A stretch of 64,000 bases of DNA from Cycas panzhihuaensis (taxonomy: Eukaryota; Plantae; Cycadophyta). A program made the position numbers and the translations under genes. Of the stretch, positions 50,146-63,000 are shown in pieces. Under the pieces are notes generated by a model, which saw only the letters and a list, made by a program, of their open reading frames with translations, had not been told where the DNA came from and did not search any database. Each line of letters starts with the position of its first letter. The first letter of the stretch is position 1. The DNA is taken from positions 48,491,741 to 48,555,740 of the forward strand of contig CM041465.1 in the NCBI GenBank assembly GCA_023213395.1, written 5' to 3'.

Positions 50146-53100
50146 TATGTATGATTGTATTAATTACAACCCATTTTATATATTAGAATGGTCGTAACTA
50201 ACTCAAAGCTATAAGAAATATCACATTGTAGAGATATCATAGGAGGTCTTATGGATTATAACATTATTGTTCATTGTCTCATAGAATGTAGTCATGTATA
50301 TTATGTGCCTGCTATGTAATTTTGACTCCTATACATATTATTCTGGGTTATCTCTGGTTGTAAGAGAACCAAAGCAACCTATCATAATATAATAATGATG
50401 GTTCTTAATTCTCATATCCTAGTGTCTCTGTATTATAATGAATAGTTGTAACATGTTGTAATTTTCTATGCTTGATTCTATATGTGATGAATAAACCAGC
50501 ACACATTAGTTTCATTTTCAAATTGAGCTAGGGGGAATGATGATAAGTGAGACCAACTAAAAAGAAATTTGGGTCCTCTTCCATGCCATCTAGAGTAGAA
50601 GCCAAATCATGTCATGATCAAGGAGAGCATTGGGAAAGGGAAAGACTCCAAGTTAGAATACGTAAACCCAGATTTGTAATTACACAAAGGAAGCAAGTGA
50701 AGAGGCACCATCTATACATTCGATAAAAAGGGGAAAGTTAAAAAATAAGGATAAAGTAAGAGATCAAGATCTACGCATAATTGAGATGCAAGCAAATGAA
50801 AGAATTAATCAGAGATGTACTAAAGAAGAGGATTAGATAAAAGAAGTATAATTAGTAAGTACAGATGAAAATAGTCAATAGGATTCTATTGAAGAAGAAA
50901 ACTTATGAAAAGAAGAAGTATCAACACAGGAAGAAAATTCCATTAGGTTGGGGATATATAGTGTAGAGGAATAAGCTTGGAATCATTACCTATTAGACAT
51001 TCAAACTCCAAGCCGTATAATAAATCCTTTATTCAAATTACCAATAGCTGCTCCAGGTAGCAGCATAAGAGGTGTAATGGGCAATGATGCACAAACTATA
51101 GGAGGGTAAAGTCAGATACCGAGTGGAGGAAATCAAGTAAATACAACTCTATATATTATTGTGCAAAATGATTTAATATTTTTGAGCCTCCAATTTGATA
51201 GAACCACAGATCTAGGCAACCATCTAGCATTATTTAAAAACATGATCTAAATCAAAAGGATCATGGATCAGGGAGAAACTAAAGCTCATTTTTTTTAATG
51301 TTGAGGGGCCCCACTATGGTATGGTTCTAATATGTAGCAGCATAGCAATTAAAATAGTATCAATTGTAGGAATAATTTTGGAATTAATTTTAAAATTTAA
51401 GGGATCTAATAGCCATCTTATAGGCTTTGGAAGAAATTTAACAGTATCCTGGGGAGTCTGTCAATGACTTTAACAGAAGGATACGAGTTATAATGGATAA
51501 AATACAATCGATAACAATAATCAATCTAATGTTGGTAATGAAATATTTTGTATAAGGATTGATACCTCATCTCAGAGATAAAGTAATACTACATCCAATG
51601 AATAACTACAAGCAAGTAAGGGAGTTAGCACTGAAATTTAAAAATTAAATGAAATTAACCTATTCCCAGATGGTGACACAACCTTTAACATATTGAACAA
51701 TAACATGTATGTTAATACAACCCACACAGATTCCACAGATGGGTACTAATCTAGAAATTGAAGCCTTGAAGAAGGAAGTAAAAGCACTGAAGCAACAACC
51801 TACAGTTTTAGTTCTAAATAGTATGCAACATAATTAGGAGTTAGAAAAGCTTTGTATGTAATTATCTTAATTACGACTAAAAAAAATCAAGGGAAAACAT
51901 CTGGTGCCCCTCACCTTGTAATTGGCAAGGGTATTTGAAAAATGAAGATGGAGGACCCCTGAAATGGTGTGAGAATTATCGAAGAAATAATCATAACACA
52001 TGGGAATGTTATTTCAAATCCAAGAAAAATGAAGATGAGATACATAACATCTATTTACGAAAAATAGAATGTGGAGTTACAATATAATACAAGGTTAAGA
52101 CAAGAACTATTCATTGTTTCTTATGCTAGAGATAGGGACATTATAGATCATAGTGTCCACTAGAAAAGAAAGGAGGAGAATATATCTATGAAGAATGTGG
52201 ACTAGCATATCATGAATGGTCTAATTGTCTAAAGAATAAGAAAGTATAAAACACCAATTTAGTGGACATGATTTTGGATCAAGAAAAGACATCTTACTTG
52301 TAGACACGAAGTGGAAAATCAATTGGATCTCCTCCTATTCAAGAAAATTTTCTAGATCTAATGGTAGAGAAGCAATAATTGCAAGAGGCAATAAAAATCC
52401 TTCAAGATGCAATGGGAGAAGCCCAAGAGGAAATATATCAAGGAAGATTTAAGGGCCTATATTACAAAAAGAGGATAACACAACCACTAGAAGGTATGAA
52501 TCCTTGGCAAAGATTACAAACTATAAAAGATATACTTACTAAATTAGGAGTGTTAATCCCTATATCAGTAGTATTTAAGTAGTGGGAAGTAGGGTAGTTC
52601 AACAATTGGTCTTAGATCAAATTGAAAATCTAGTTCTAAGAACCATAAAAGATACAAGAATAGACCCCAAAGTTTTGATGATGGTATTCAGAACCACTTT
52701 ATGCAGAAGTATTATAGGTGGGGGCTCAGGAATAAATGTGCTACCTAAATCCTTATGGATAGCCCTGAGAATGCCCAATGTGGTTGCCCCAGATTATTTA
52801 ATTAGGTTAGCTAATCAATTACAAGTAAGGCCCAAGGGAACACTATTGAATGTTCTAGTAACCATCATAAAAGTAACTGTGTTATTGGATTTTACAATAG
52901 TACGTATGTAGAACCAAAGAAAGACTTATCTAGCTATGTTGGAAAGACCATGGTTACTGGCTATAAAGGCAATCTAGGATTGGGAGAGACATACATTTAC
53001 TCTTCTAATAGGGGAGAAAATAGTAACTTTTCCCTTATGCTTAAATTGTCCAAAGATAGAAAAAATTAAAGATGAAGGGAGAGTTTTATCCACAATAACA

Positions 53101-56100
53101 ACCACAGAATCTACAGTGAGTTCTTACTCTGAAACAACTTTTCAAATGCAACTAAGGCTGTTAAGTAGCCCTTCATCCTCCTATATACTAAACTGGTTGC
53201 ATAATGCTTAGGAAGAAATGGAACCAACTTCATGTTATCATATGGAATGCTACATGGATTCTTTAGAAGAAGAAGATGAGGAGGAAAAACAACTAGAGTC
53301 ACCTTAATTAGGAAAAAATGTCCAAAGAAAATTTGTTCCTATAGTTTGTAAATTGACTAAACATAATGGTGACTTAGAATAAGTAGAAAATCATCTGCAA
53401 CCATGTATTAAAATCATGAAGAATAAATTCTAGTACTTTGTATCTTCTGATTCTTGGATAGAACAAACCTAGATTCGGTATGGCACGCATGGACAAAATT
53501 TTAATTCTTGGTAAGAAATGAGCAAAATTTTTTTAATAATATTTCAAAGGGATAAAGTTCCATTGTCTTGGAATAAGAATAATTTAGGCATGCAAATGTG
53601 TGTTTAGGAATGGATAAAAAATAAATGGACTTGGTAGTTGAAAACAACAATTGAAGGAATCTCCACTATCTAGTATAATTCCTCTGAAATAATAAGACTA
53701 ATAGATCAGACTATCATATATTATAGTTTAAAAAAAGAAATAAAGGAAAAAAAACTGGGAAAAGGAAGTGCATTGCTTTCAAATTAAAGAAGAAAATCTA
53801 TAGGAATAATAAACTTATCCCGTGTTAGGTATAGAAACCATAGCATAGATAGCATGTTAGCCTATGCATTAGGTCTAGATGGTAAAACAGTACTAGGAGA
53901 AAAATTAAAAATGCAAGAAATTAATATTAAGATAGAAGAACTGCCACAGATAATCACCTTGGGTGATTACTAGAAACAAGAAATGGTGCAACAAGTGACC
54001 TCACTATTCTTAGAATATAAGCATGTGTTTGCCTAGTCTTATAAAGATTTAAAAGGAATCCTACCAAAAATGGGTGAATATAAAAGCAATTTGATAGAAG
54101 GGGCTAAACCGGTAAGGCAAAGGCCATACTGTATAAATCCAAAGTATAAGAAGAAAGTAAAAGCTAAGATTGATAAACTATTAGAAGTGGATTACATTTT
54201 TTAGATTGAAAATAGTGAATGGGTAAGTCTTATTATGGTTGTCCCAAAAAAAAATAGGAAACTGAGAGTTTATATTGACTACAGAGCTTTAAACAAAGCC
54301 ACTAAGAAGGATCCATTCTCAATTCCTTTTACATAGGATATTTTAAAAAAAGTAGCAAGACATGAGGTGTACTAATTTATTGTTAGATTTAGTGAGTGCA
54401 ATCAGGTTTAGATTATACTAGAAGACCAATTAAAGATAAACTTTATCACTGAGTGGGGTACTTATGCATTCAGAGTAATGCCATTTAGATTAATAAATGC
54501 CCTTGCAACATTCTAGAGAGTTATTCTTAATATTTTTAAATAAATAATAGGGAAAATAATTGAGGTATTTTTGGATGATTAGACATTATTTACTCTATTA
54601 AAGAATCACCTTGGTTATTTACTATTAATGCTTAAAACTTACAGAAAGAATAATTTATGTTTAAATCTTATAAAATACACCTTTATGGTGTTATTTAGGA
54701 CTTTATTAGGACATGTGGTGACAAAAGATGGACTACTTATGGATCCAAATAAAGTAGTAGTGATTTTAAATTTCTCATTGCCAAAAACATAAAGATAGAT
54801 AAAAAGATTCCTAAGGATGATGGGGTACTATCGAAAGTTCATAAAATATTATGCTTAGATAGTTAACCCCTTGGAAATCCTATTAAAAAAGAAGACTGAG
54901 TGGAAATGGCAACTTTAACAGTAGCTAGCATTCAAATTAATGAAAAAGAAAATAGCCCAAGTGCTAATCCTCATATTTCTAAATTAAGATAAACCATTCT
55001 ATGTACATGCAGATGCTTTCTTATTCATGATTGGGTGTATATTGACATAGCTAGAAGATGGCAAAAATTGATCTACTAATTTATTTTACAAGTAGAAAAT
55101 TAACAGAGGCCGAAAAGAATTACTTAGTGATAGAATGAGAAGGGTTGGGTATGGTATCTGCTCTCTAGATATTCAGACACTATCTACTAGCTAACCTTTT
55201 TTTTTTTTTAATAGATTATTAGGCACTTTAATATTTAATTAATAAGCCTATAGTTCAGGGGAGAATTAGTAGATGGCTAATGTTGTTCTAGGAGTTCAAT
55301 TTCAAGATCATTGTCAAGAAAGGAGCTCAGTATATAATTACATATTTACTATTGAGGGAAGTGGATGGGAAATCAGCAATAGGAATCCAAGATGATTTTC
55401 TAGATGTAAAACTATTTGTCATCCAAGCAATACCTAAATGGTATGAGGATATAACATAATTTCTAGTAACAAGACAAATACCATTAGGGATGGAATGTGT
55501 TGAATGATAAAGCTTCATCAAGAAAACTTTTCCCTTCTAACTAATTCAAGGAATTCTATATAAGATGAGACTAAATCAAGTCCTAAGGAGATGTATAATA
55601 GAATATGAAGTGGAAGTTATTATCAGAGAATCCCATGAAGGAGTTACAATAAAACTCCAAGTTATTGAATTAACAAGTAAAAAATTCTTACTTGTAGGAC
55701 TCTAGTAGCCTATAATCTTTGAGGATGTACAAAAGTGGGTTTAGAGTTGTGATGTATGCCAACGAGTGGGGAAGCCAGCAAAAAACCATTTCATGCCTTT
55801 GTGTCCTATATTGGCTCAAGCTCCATTTGAAAAATAGGGATTAGACTTTATTAGACCTACCATTCCAGCAACTTAGCATACAAACATAAGATACATTTTG
55901 GTCGCCACTAATTTTCTGATAAAATGGACCAAAGGCAAGGCAATGAGGATGTGTAATGCACAGAATACAACCTTGGTTCTATATGAAATGATAATTATTC
56001 ATTTTAGTTACCCATTAAAAAATATTTTAGATCAAGAAAGTAACTTTCTTAATAAAATAATAAAATATTTGATGTAGAAATTTTTGATTCAACATTCAAA

Positions 56101-56759
56101 GTCTTCCCCATATTATCCTCAGGCAAACAGGCAAGTGGAAATAACCAATAAAATTCTAAAACTAGCATTATCTAAAATCTATAATCAAGGGCAAACAAAC
56201 TAGGCAGAGTGACTCTATTCCATTTTATAGGCCAACAAAACAACAATAAAATAGCCTCATAACCAAACTCCATTCTAGTTGGTTTATAGACTAGAATATA
56301 TACTTCTTCTAGAATTCCAGATACAAAGTTTGAGAGTGGCATTTAAGCTACGGTTGTTAGAGGATGATTCATAGAATCAATGATATATAGATTTAATGAA
56401 ATTAGATGAAAAATGGGCAAGAGCTTGGTGGGAATTGAAAGCAAAGAAGATGAGAAGAAAGGCATAACACGATTGGCATCTCAAAGTCCTACAATTTCAG
56501 GAAGGAGATCTTATTCTTCTTTATGATAGTAAGTTTTGAATTAAACCTATAAAATCAAAGTTATGGTGGCTTGATCTATACAAAGTAAATAAAATTTTGT
56601 CAAATGGGGTAGTGCGGCTCAAACAACTTGATGAAACACTATTGGAAAAACTAGTCAATAGAAGTCAACTAAAATGGTATATAGTAAAATAAAAAATAAA
56701 TTAGAAAAAAAAAAAAAGAGGATAAAAACCATAGGAACAGAAATTTTTTTATGACTTTA

Positions 56760-58030
56760 AAACATGGATATAATAAGTTGTAACTAAGATGTAGGAAGTT
56801 GCAACTTGGATGTAAGTGGTTGCAACCTATATATAAGAAGTTGCAATCAAGATGCAAAAAGTTATAACCTAGACACAAGTAGTTACAACCTAAATGAAAG
56901 CAGTTACAACCTAGACACGAGAAGGTATAACTGAGATGTAAAATATTGCAACCTAGATGCAAGTAGTTGTAACCTAGATGCAAGTAGTTACAACCTAAAT
57001 GCAAGACATTGTAACTAGGACATAAAAAGTTACAACCTAGACACAAGCGATTATAACCTAGATACAAGCAGTTGTAACCTAGATGTAAGAAGTTGCAATT
57101 GGGATGTAAAAAAATATAACCTAGATGCAAGAAGTTGCAACCTGGATATAAGTAGTTGTAACTTGGATGTAAGAAGTTAGAACTAAGATACAGAAAGTTA
57201 CAACCTAGATGTAAGAAGTTATAACATGGATGTAAGAAGTTATAACCAAGACATAGAAAGTTATAACCTAGATGTAAGTGGTTGCAACTTGGATATAAGA
57301 AGTTGTAACTAATACACAAGAAGTTGCAACCTAGATGCAAGAAGTTGTAACCTAAAGGTAAGCAGTTACAACCTGGATGTAAGAAGTTGCAACCAAGGTG
57401 TAGGAAGTTACAATCTGGATGTAAGTGGTTATAACTTAAATGTAAATTATTGGAACCTAGATGCAAAATGTTGTAACCTAGACACAAGTGGTTACAACCA
57501 GTATGGAAGAAGTTACAACTAGGACATAAGAAATTGAAACAAAGATGCAAGAAGTTGTAACTTATAGGTAACCAGTTATAGCCTAGATGCAAGAATTACA
57601 ACCCAGAAAGGAACTAGTTGTAATCAGAAACAAAGAATTTACAACGGCGATCTAATTTAAATAGAAAGTAATTATAACCCAGATATAAAATGGTTATAAT
57701 TAGGATAAATAACCATAATCTATAATAAAATAATTGTAACTTAGATGAAAGTGATTATAAAAAGGACAAAAAGGGTTACAACTAAGAAGCCAAATTAGTC
57801 ATAAACTTAGAGTAATTGGTAAAGATTTAGAAAAGTTGCAAATTAGAGATGGAATGAGTATAAGGAGATACGACTAGTTGTAATTTAGGCAAGATGATAA
57901 CTAAGAAGATAGAATGATTATGACTCAAACAATAAAAATGGTGGAGAATTCATAGTAAGTGATATGGAATATTATAAATTACTCCATATTATGAAGAATG
58001 GTAAAACTAGGTGTAACTAGAATAATTAGA
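56760..58030 (+). repeat. 21-bp tandem array (consensus ~AAGTTGCAACCTRGATGYAAG); ~40 good copies to ~57600, then degenerate
   Basis: Regular 21-bp period, mirrored by the heptad LHLGCNF in minus ORF 56669-57592. Confidence 0.95.
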
Positions 58031-60090
58031 AGAAGCAACAGGTAATCAAAAGGAATAATAAAGGGAATATTGCAAAGGAAGATAGTGATATCAAATTAAG
58101 AAAAAGCTAAAGGATATTTAATTAATGATAACGATGAATGAGTGGCAAAAAATAATGATAATTGATAAATGCACATACTAAGACAATGTAGAGTGTGAAG
58201 GTAGCAATAAGTGGTTGACATACATTGGAGTAACAGAAAGGAAGTGCGCTGGATTTTCAACCAAGTAATTACAACCACGAATTAAAGTCATGATGGTTTT
58301 ACATGGCTTAGTGGAATATAAGTAGCAAAGTTGAAGACAAACCTGGGAAGTTTTTGAAAAATCTATAAATGAGTAAGATGAAGGACATCGAATAGATTCA
58401 AATTAATTTATGGGAAGCAAATGATGAAGGAGTTACGCATGTATGGTGGGATATGCCTAAGGAGGATGAAAGAAAAATAAAACTAACAAAGGTGGGATTC
58501 ACCTAGTTTGTGCAAATGGGGTTATTTCCAGCCACAATAGATTTTATAATAGACATGATTCAACTTGTAGATCAGCAACCTAATATCTTAGATATATCAG
58601 CAAAAACCATTATAACAATTTTAGGGTTATCAAATTCATGTGAAGAGGTACCCAGAGACAAAAGGATTCTATGGGGTAGGTAGTAAAGTAGTTGGTGCCT
58701 AAATTATAGATGTCTTTATATCTAATATTCGTATTGTTGGCATTGCAAATAATTTAACACACTGGGTGCCTCATTTCCTCTTTACTAGGATGATATTAAG
58801 ATAAAACAATTTGTTGGTACCTACAGAGATGCTATCAGTACACCTACTGGTAGTAAAGGAGATAAGTTCAATTGGGTAACATTTCTCACAGGAAGATTTT
58901 CTGATAAATTAACTAGTATCAAGGCCAAACCTTAGTTAGTTATATTTTATCATCGAATTTTGTTTCAGGGATTATTATATTCTCAATGTCTAGAGATAGA
59001 GTTAACAGAAGAAAATCTAAAGCAAGCGGCAATGAGTGGATGGATCAACCTTCTCAGGAAGAAGGGAGAAATTTGGCAAGGGAAGCTTCAGGAAAAAGTT
59101 AGGAAATTTTTCTTAAAGAAGACTCAAGCTAGCAACCTTCAAATGACACCAGTAGAGGAGAAAGAGAGGAAACGATAGTGAAAAGAGATGACCTCACTAG
59201 TCAAGAAGCAGAAAGAGGAAGAGGAATAGAAATAAAGAGAAGAGAAGAAGGAGGAGGAGGAAATCAATAAAGGAAAACAAAAATTAGGCAGCATATTGGC
59301 TAAGAAGGAAGCAAAAGAGTAGCAGCCAACCCAACAACTTGAAAACATTTCTAACACTAAAGAAGAAAGAAGAAAAAAAAGAAGAGTTGCCATGATAAAA
59401 GCAAAGAAAGAAATTCTAGAAATTTTAAACAGTCAACAATTTGAGGTAGACTTTGATTTCAACAATGAAGAGTTGATGGAGGAAGGAATTGATCTAATAG
59501 AGTGCCAGCCATGTAATGTAGCATATTGGAAGATTTTATTCTTGGCCAAAGTCAGTTAGTATTTGGTGATTAAGTTAGAAGTTTAGAATAAGAGGCCTCC
59601 ACTAGATTTACAAAGAATTCAGAAAGTAGAAGACTAGTTAGCTGCTTGTGAGGGAAAATTAGACTTCTTGATGAAGTTTATTATGCATTAAGTGGCAGAT
59701 ACTTCCCATGTGGAACATTTGGTACTAGTTTTTGGCACCCAGTTTAATGAACAGATCCCACCAAGATTAGAGAAGGTGATCCACAAACTGGGAGCCTAGA
59801 TAATGCAGACTCAAGAAGATGTTGAATATGCTAATCACTTCTAGTCTATGATCAAATCCTTATGACAAGACCTATTGTCAGTGGAAATAAGGAAATATGA
59901 GTTGGAAGAGGAAATTAAATAGTTGAATTTAGGGAATAAGCTGATAATGGCTTAATTATAGGCACTACACAACATGATTATCCTTTGCAACCACTATAAA
60001 AATCAAGGTATAAATCCACCATGTACTATGTATAGACCTGATCTACATTGGATTCATATAGAAATAGAAAAGATTAGAAGGGATAAATAA
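58030..60090 (+). pseudogene. Decayed sense-strand accessory (env-like/extra) ORF of the Gypsy element
   Basis: Protein-like sequence with scattered TAG/TAA: HWVPHFLFTRMILR, GDKFNWVTFLTGRFSDKL, a K/E-rich stretch at 59150-59420 and a coiled-coil-like C-terminus. Lies between integrase/array and PPT. Confidence 0.65.
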
Positions 60091-63000
60091 AATTAGTTTG
60101 TCATGTATAGTTTTAATTTTATTCTCTTTTCTAAAATTTGGTTGCTTACAAGTAAGAATACTTGTAATTTTTGTAAAGGAAGAGATGCATATAGTTGTAT
60201 TAGTTGTAACCTATTTTGTATAGTAGAATAATTACAACTAACTCAAAGTTATAAGCAAGTATAAATATCGCATCATAGAGGTATCATAGGAGGTCTTATG
60301 GATTGTAACATTTTCACCCATTATCACACAGAATGTAGTCATCCACATTCAGTGCCTACTATGTAATTTTGACTCCTATATGTACTATTTTGGGTTGTCT
60401 CTAGTTATGAGAGAACTAGAGCAACCCATTATAATGTAATGATGATGGTTCTTGATTCTCATATCCTCATGTCTCTGTATTATAATGAATAGTTGCAACC
60501 TATTATAGTTTTTTGTGCTTATTTTTATATGTGATGAAAGAACCAGAATATAATTAGTTAAAAGTTCTTGTGTAATAAGAAGAATCCTCTTAAGTTTATA
60601 CAATGAGCTAATACGAGCTAATGACAAAGCCAGTAATAGAGTTATATATGACTAGATATGAGGTGATTATGATGAGCTAAAATCTAAATATGCCAATGTT
60701 TTATTAGTGATATATGACCAAATCCAAGGGCTAAATGAGTGATGAATGAGATGGAGATAAATCCACATATAGATGATAGATCTACAATCACATGATGAAG
60801 AAGTAGATATTGATGGTATGTTGATATGTTGATTTTATTATGGATAATTATTTATGCATGCAAGCCTATATACTCAAGACATATAGGTAATCTATACAAG
60901 TTCACCAATGATATTTTCTTATTAATAGAGGCATTTATGAGTGTCATATGCTAGTAGAATGAAGCGAGTAACTCATTAGTGAGACAAGAAGATTACAATA
61001 GGCCTGTCTAGTATGATAAGTGATAAACATTGATAGTTATAAATATATTTAATAGGTATTCTTTGACATCAAATACACAACTGTATGGCACATGATTATG
61101 GTATTATGTTGAGAGTATGAGGGCATTCTAAACAATTTAATGATGTTATTACACTAGCATGAAATGTTTATGTAGATATATTATTGAATGGCTTGTTGAA
61201 ATAAAAGTTTTATGAGGTAATGACACTTATGATGGCATTATTAAAAGCCATTTATAGTTGAAGGGTATGATTAAATAAATGGTGAGGGCAATGTTATGAA
61301 ATTTACATGAGTCATGATGATATTTTAGTGGCAAGAGCATGATATATAGCATGAAATAAATTAATGAAAATATTTATGACATATATGGCATATGATAAAT
61401 TATAAAATAAGGGTTTGATAAAAATATTGAGGGTGTTATTATTATTTAAAAACATAAGGTGGTGACTAATTGTTATAATCTGAGTAAATTATTTTGAAGG
61501 CATCTTTATAAAGGGAATTATGATACTTATGAGGGAAAATAAATGCATATAATTAATCATTGAAGAGGAAATATATTATTATCTTATATGGAAAATTGTT
61601 GACCCCATAATGACCCATGTGATTTGAAGTATAAAGAGCCTCAATGCTTTATAAAGATGCCATGGTGCAGCAAAGAGAAAATTCAAACATATGCCATAGT
61701 TGGCCAGAGCTATCTTCATAGATCTAACACATGCCTTGACAACCCTCACATAAAGCTAATAAAATCAATCACGTAGATCAATTAGATCCTCCATAGAAAA
61801 TCATATGCCATGCCATGTAGATCATGAATTATCATAAGAAATTATTATAGGCATCCATGGTCAACTCATACTAACTACAAGATAGATAAAAATGTATGCT
61901 TCATGTCCATCTTAATATTCACTATGAATCTAAGCTAGTGATACTCCTACTCTATGGTATCTCCCCTTATAGTCAAACATAGAGGATCGAGAACATGATA
62001 TACTTATCATCCAGGAAGATTGTGTTTCACTGTTACTTTAAGCTATGTCTAAATATTGATGCCCTTATAGTCAATCATAGGTGTCAACTACTTATAAATC
62101 AAATCCCTTGTATTCAAATATAGAGTAAGTTGCCTGAATATAGAGTAAGCTACCCATGCAAAAGCATCATGCAATCAACCATATGCTCTCATAAAAAAAC
62201 TACCTATACATATAATCACCATGAAAAATGATCAAATAGTTAATCATGCCACTTATATAATCAAGCACACCATTAATACCCATAGAGAGTTTGCTTGTTG
62301 AGGCACACTATAATCAATGGAGTTTTATACATAGTATTTTTTAAATCATAAAAATATTTTAGATGAAAACAAAAATTTAATCACTTTTTATAATATGCAA
62401 GATTCAGATTTGAGCCCTTTATTAGTCAGCATGAGGTCATATGGAGAGCCCACATGATCAAGGGCTAAAACAAAAAGGGCATAACTTAAAAGGAATTAAA
62501 TTAAATTACATAATTTTTATAAAAGTAAATATTATATGTCAAATTTAATTGATATTTAAAATTCATTACATTTTTCTTAAGGATCATGCAAATTTTTAAG
62601 ATATACTAGTCCTTTTTTTAGCATAACTTTTTACTCTTATATTAGAATTAAGTGTCATCAGTTATATTAGAAAGATAGCTTTGAGATGGTCAAAATGAGT
62701 GGTTTCATAACATGTTTTAAATAATAAAAGATAGAGATATTAAAGGGTAAAGTTGATAAAAATGCTCTAAATCGCATAAAAGATACATTTGATAACCTTT
62801 TCAAAAATATTTTCTTATATTTTGGTGTTTTCAAAGGCTCTTAATATGATGTTAAAGTTATTTTTTATGGATGGAGAAAGAAAAAAGATGTTTTATTTAA
62901 AAGTAAACAAAGTAAAGCTTATTTATGATATTTGAAGGCTTAAAATTTGTTTAAAATTTTATAAAGTAGGGTATATTTATTGAATTATTAATATAAAAAA

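Larger units (their letters stand above)
50146..60552 (+). mobile_element. Full-length decayed non-chromovirus Ty3/Gypsy (Athila/Tat-like) with 3' tandem array and accessory ORF
   Basis: LTRs 50146-50505 and 60186-60552; PPT AAAGGAAGAGA 60175-60185; flanks GTTAA / ATTAG fit a GTTAG TSD; gag ~51080-52330; PR IIGGGSGINVL (ORF 52582-52911); RT SYKDLKGI, IDYRALNKAT, VFLDD; RNase H VHADA; INT CDVCQR, PQANRQVE, ends LVNRSQLKWY ~56680; no chromodomain. Confidence 0.92.

Noticed and set aside
56669-57592. 307-aa Cys/His-rich ORF (LHLGCNF)n as a real protein or zinc-binding repeat
   Set aside because: It is the reverse frame of the 21-bp array. Its codons (TTG CAT CCA GGT TGC AAC TTC) cannot become stops by C>T/G>A, so it stays open passively.
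56760-57600. CRISPR-like array (palindromic repeats)
   Set aside because: No unique spacers, 21-bp head-to-tail period, no cas genes, eukaryotic retroelement context.
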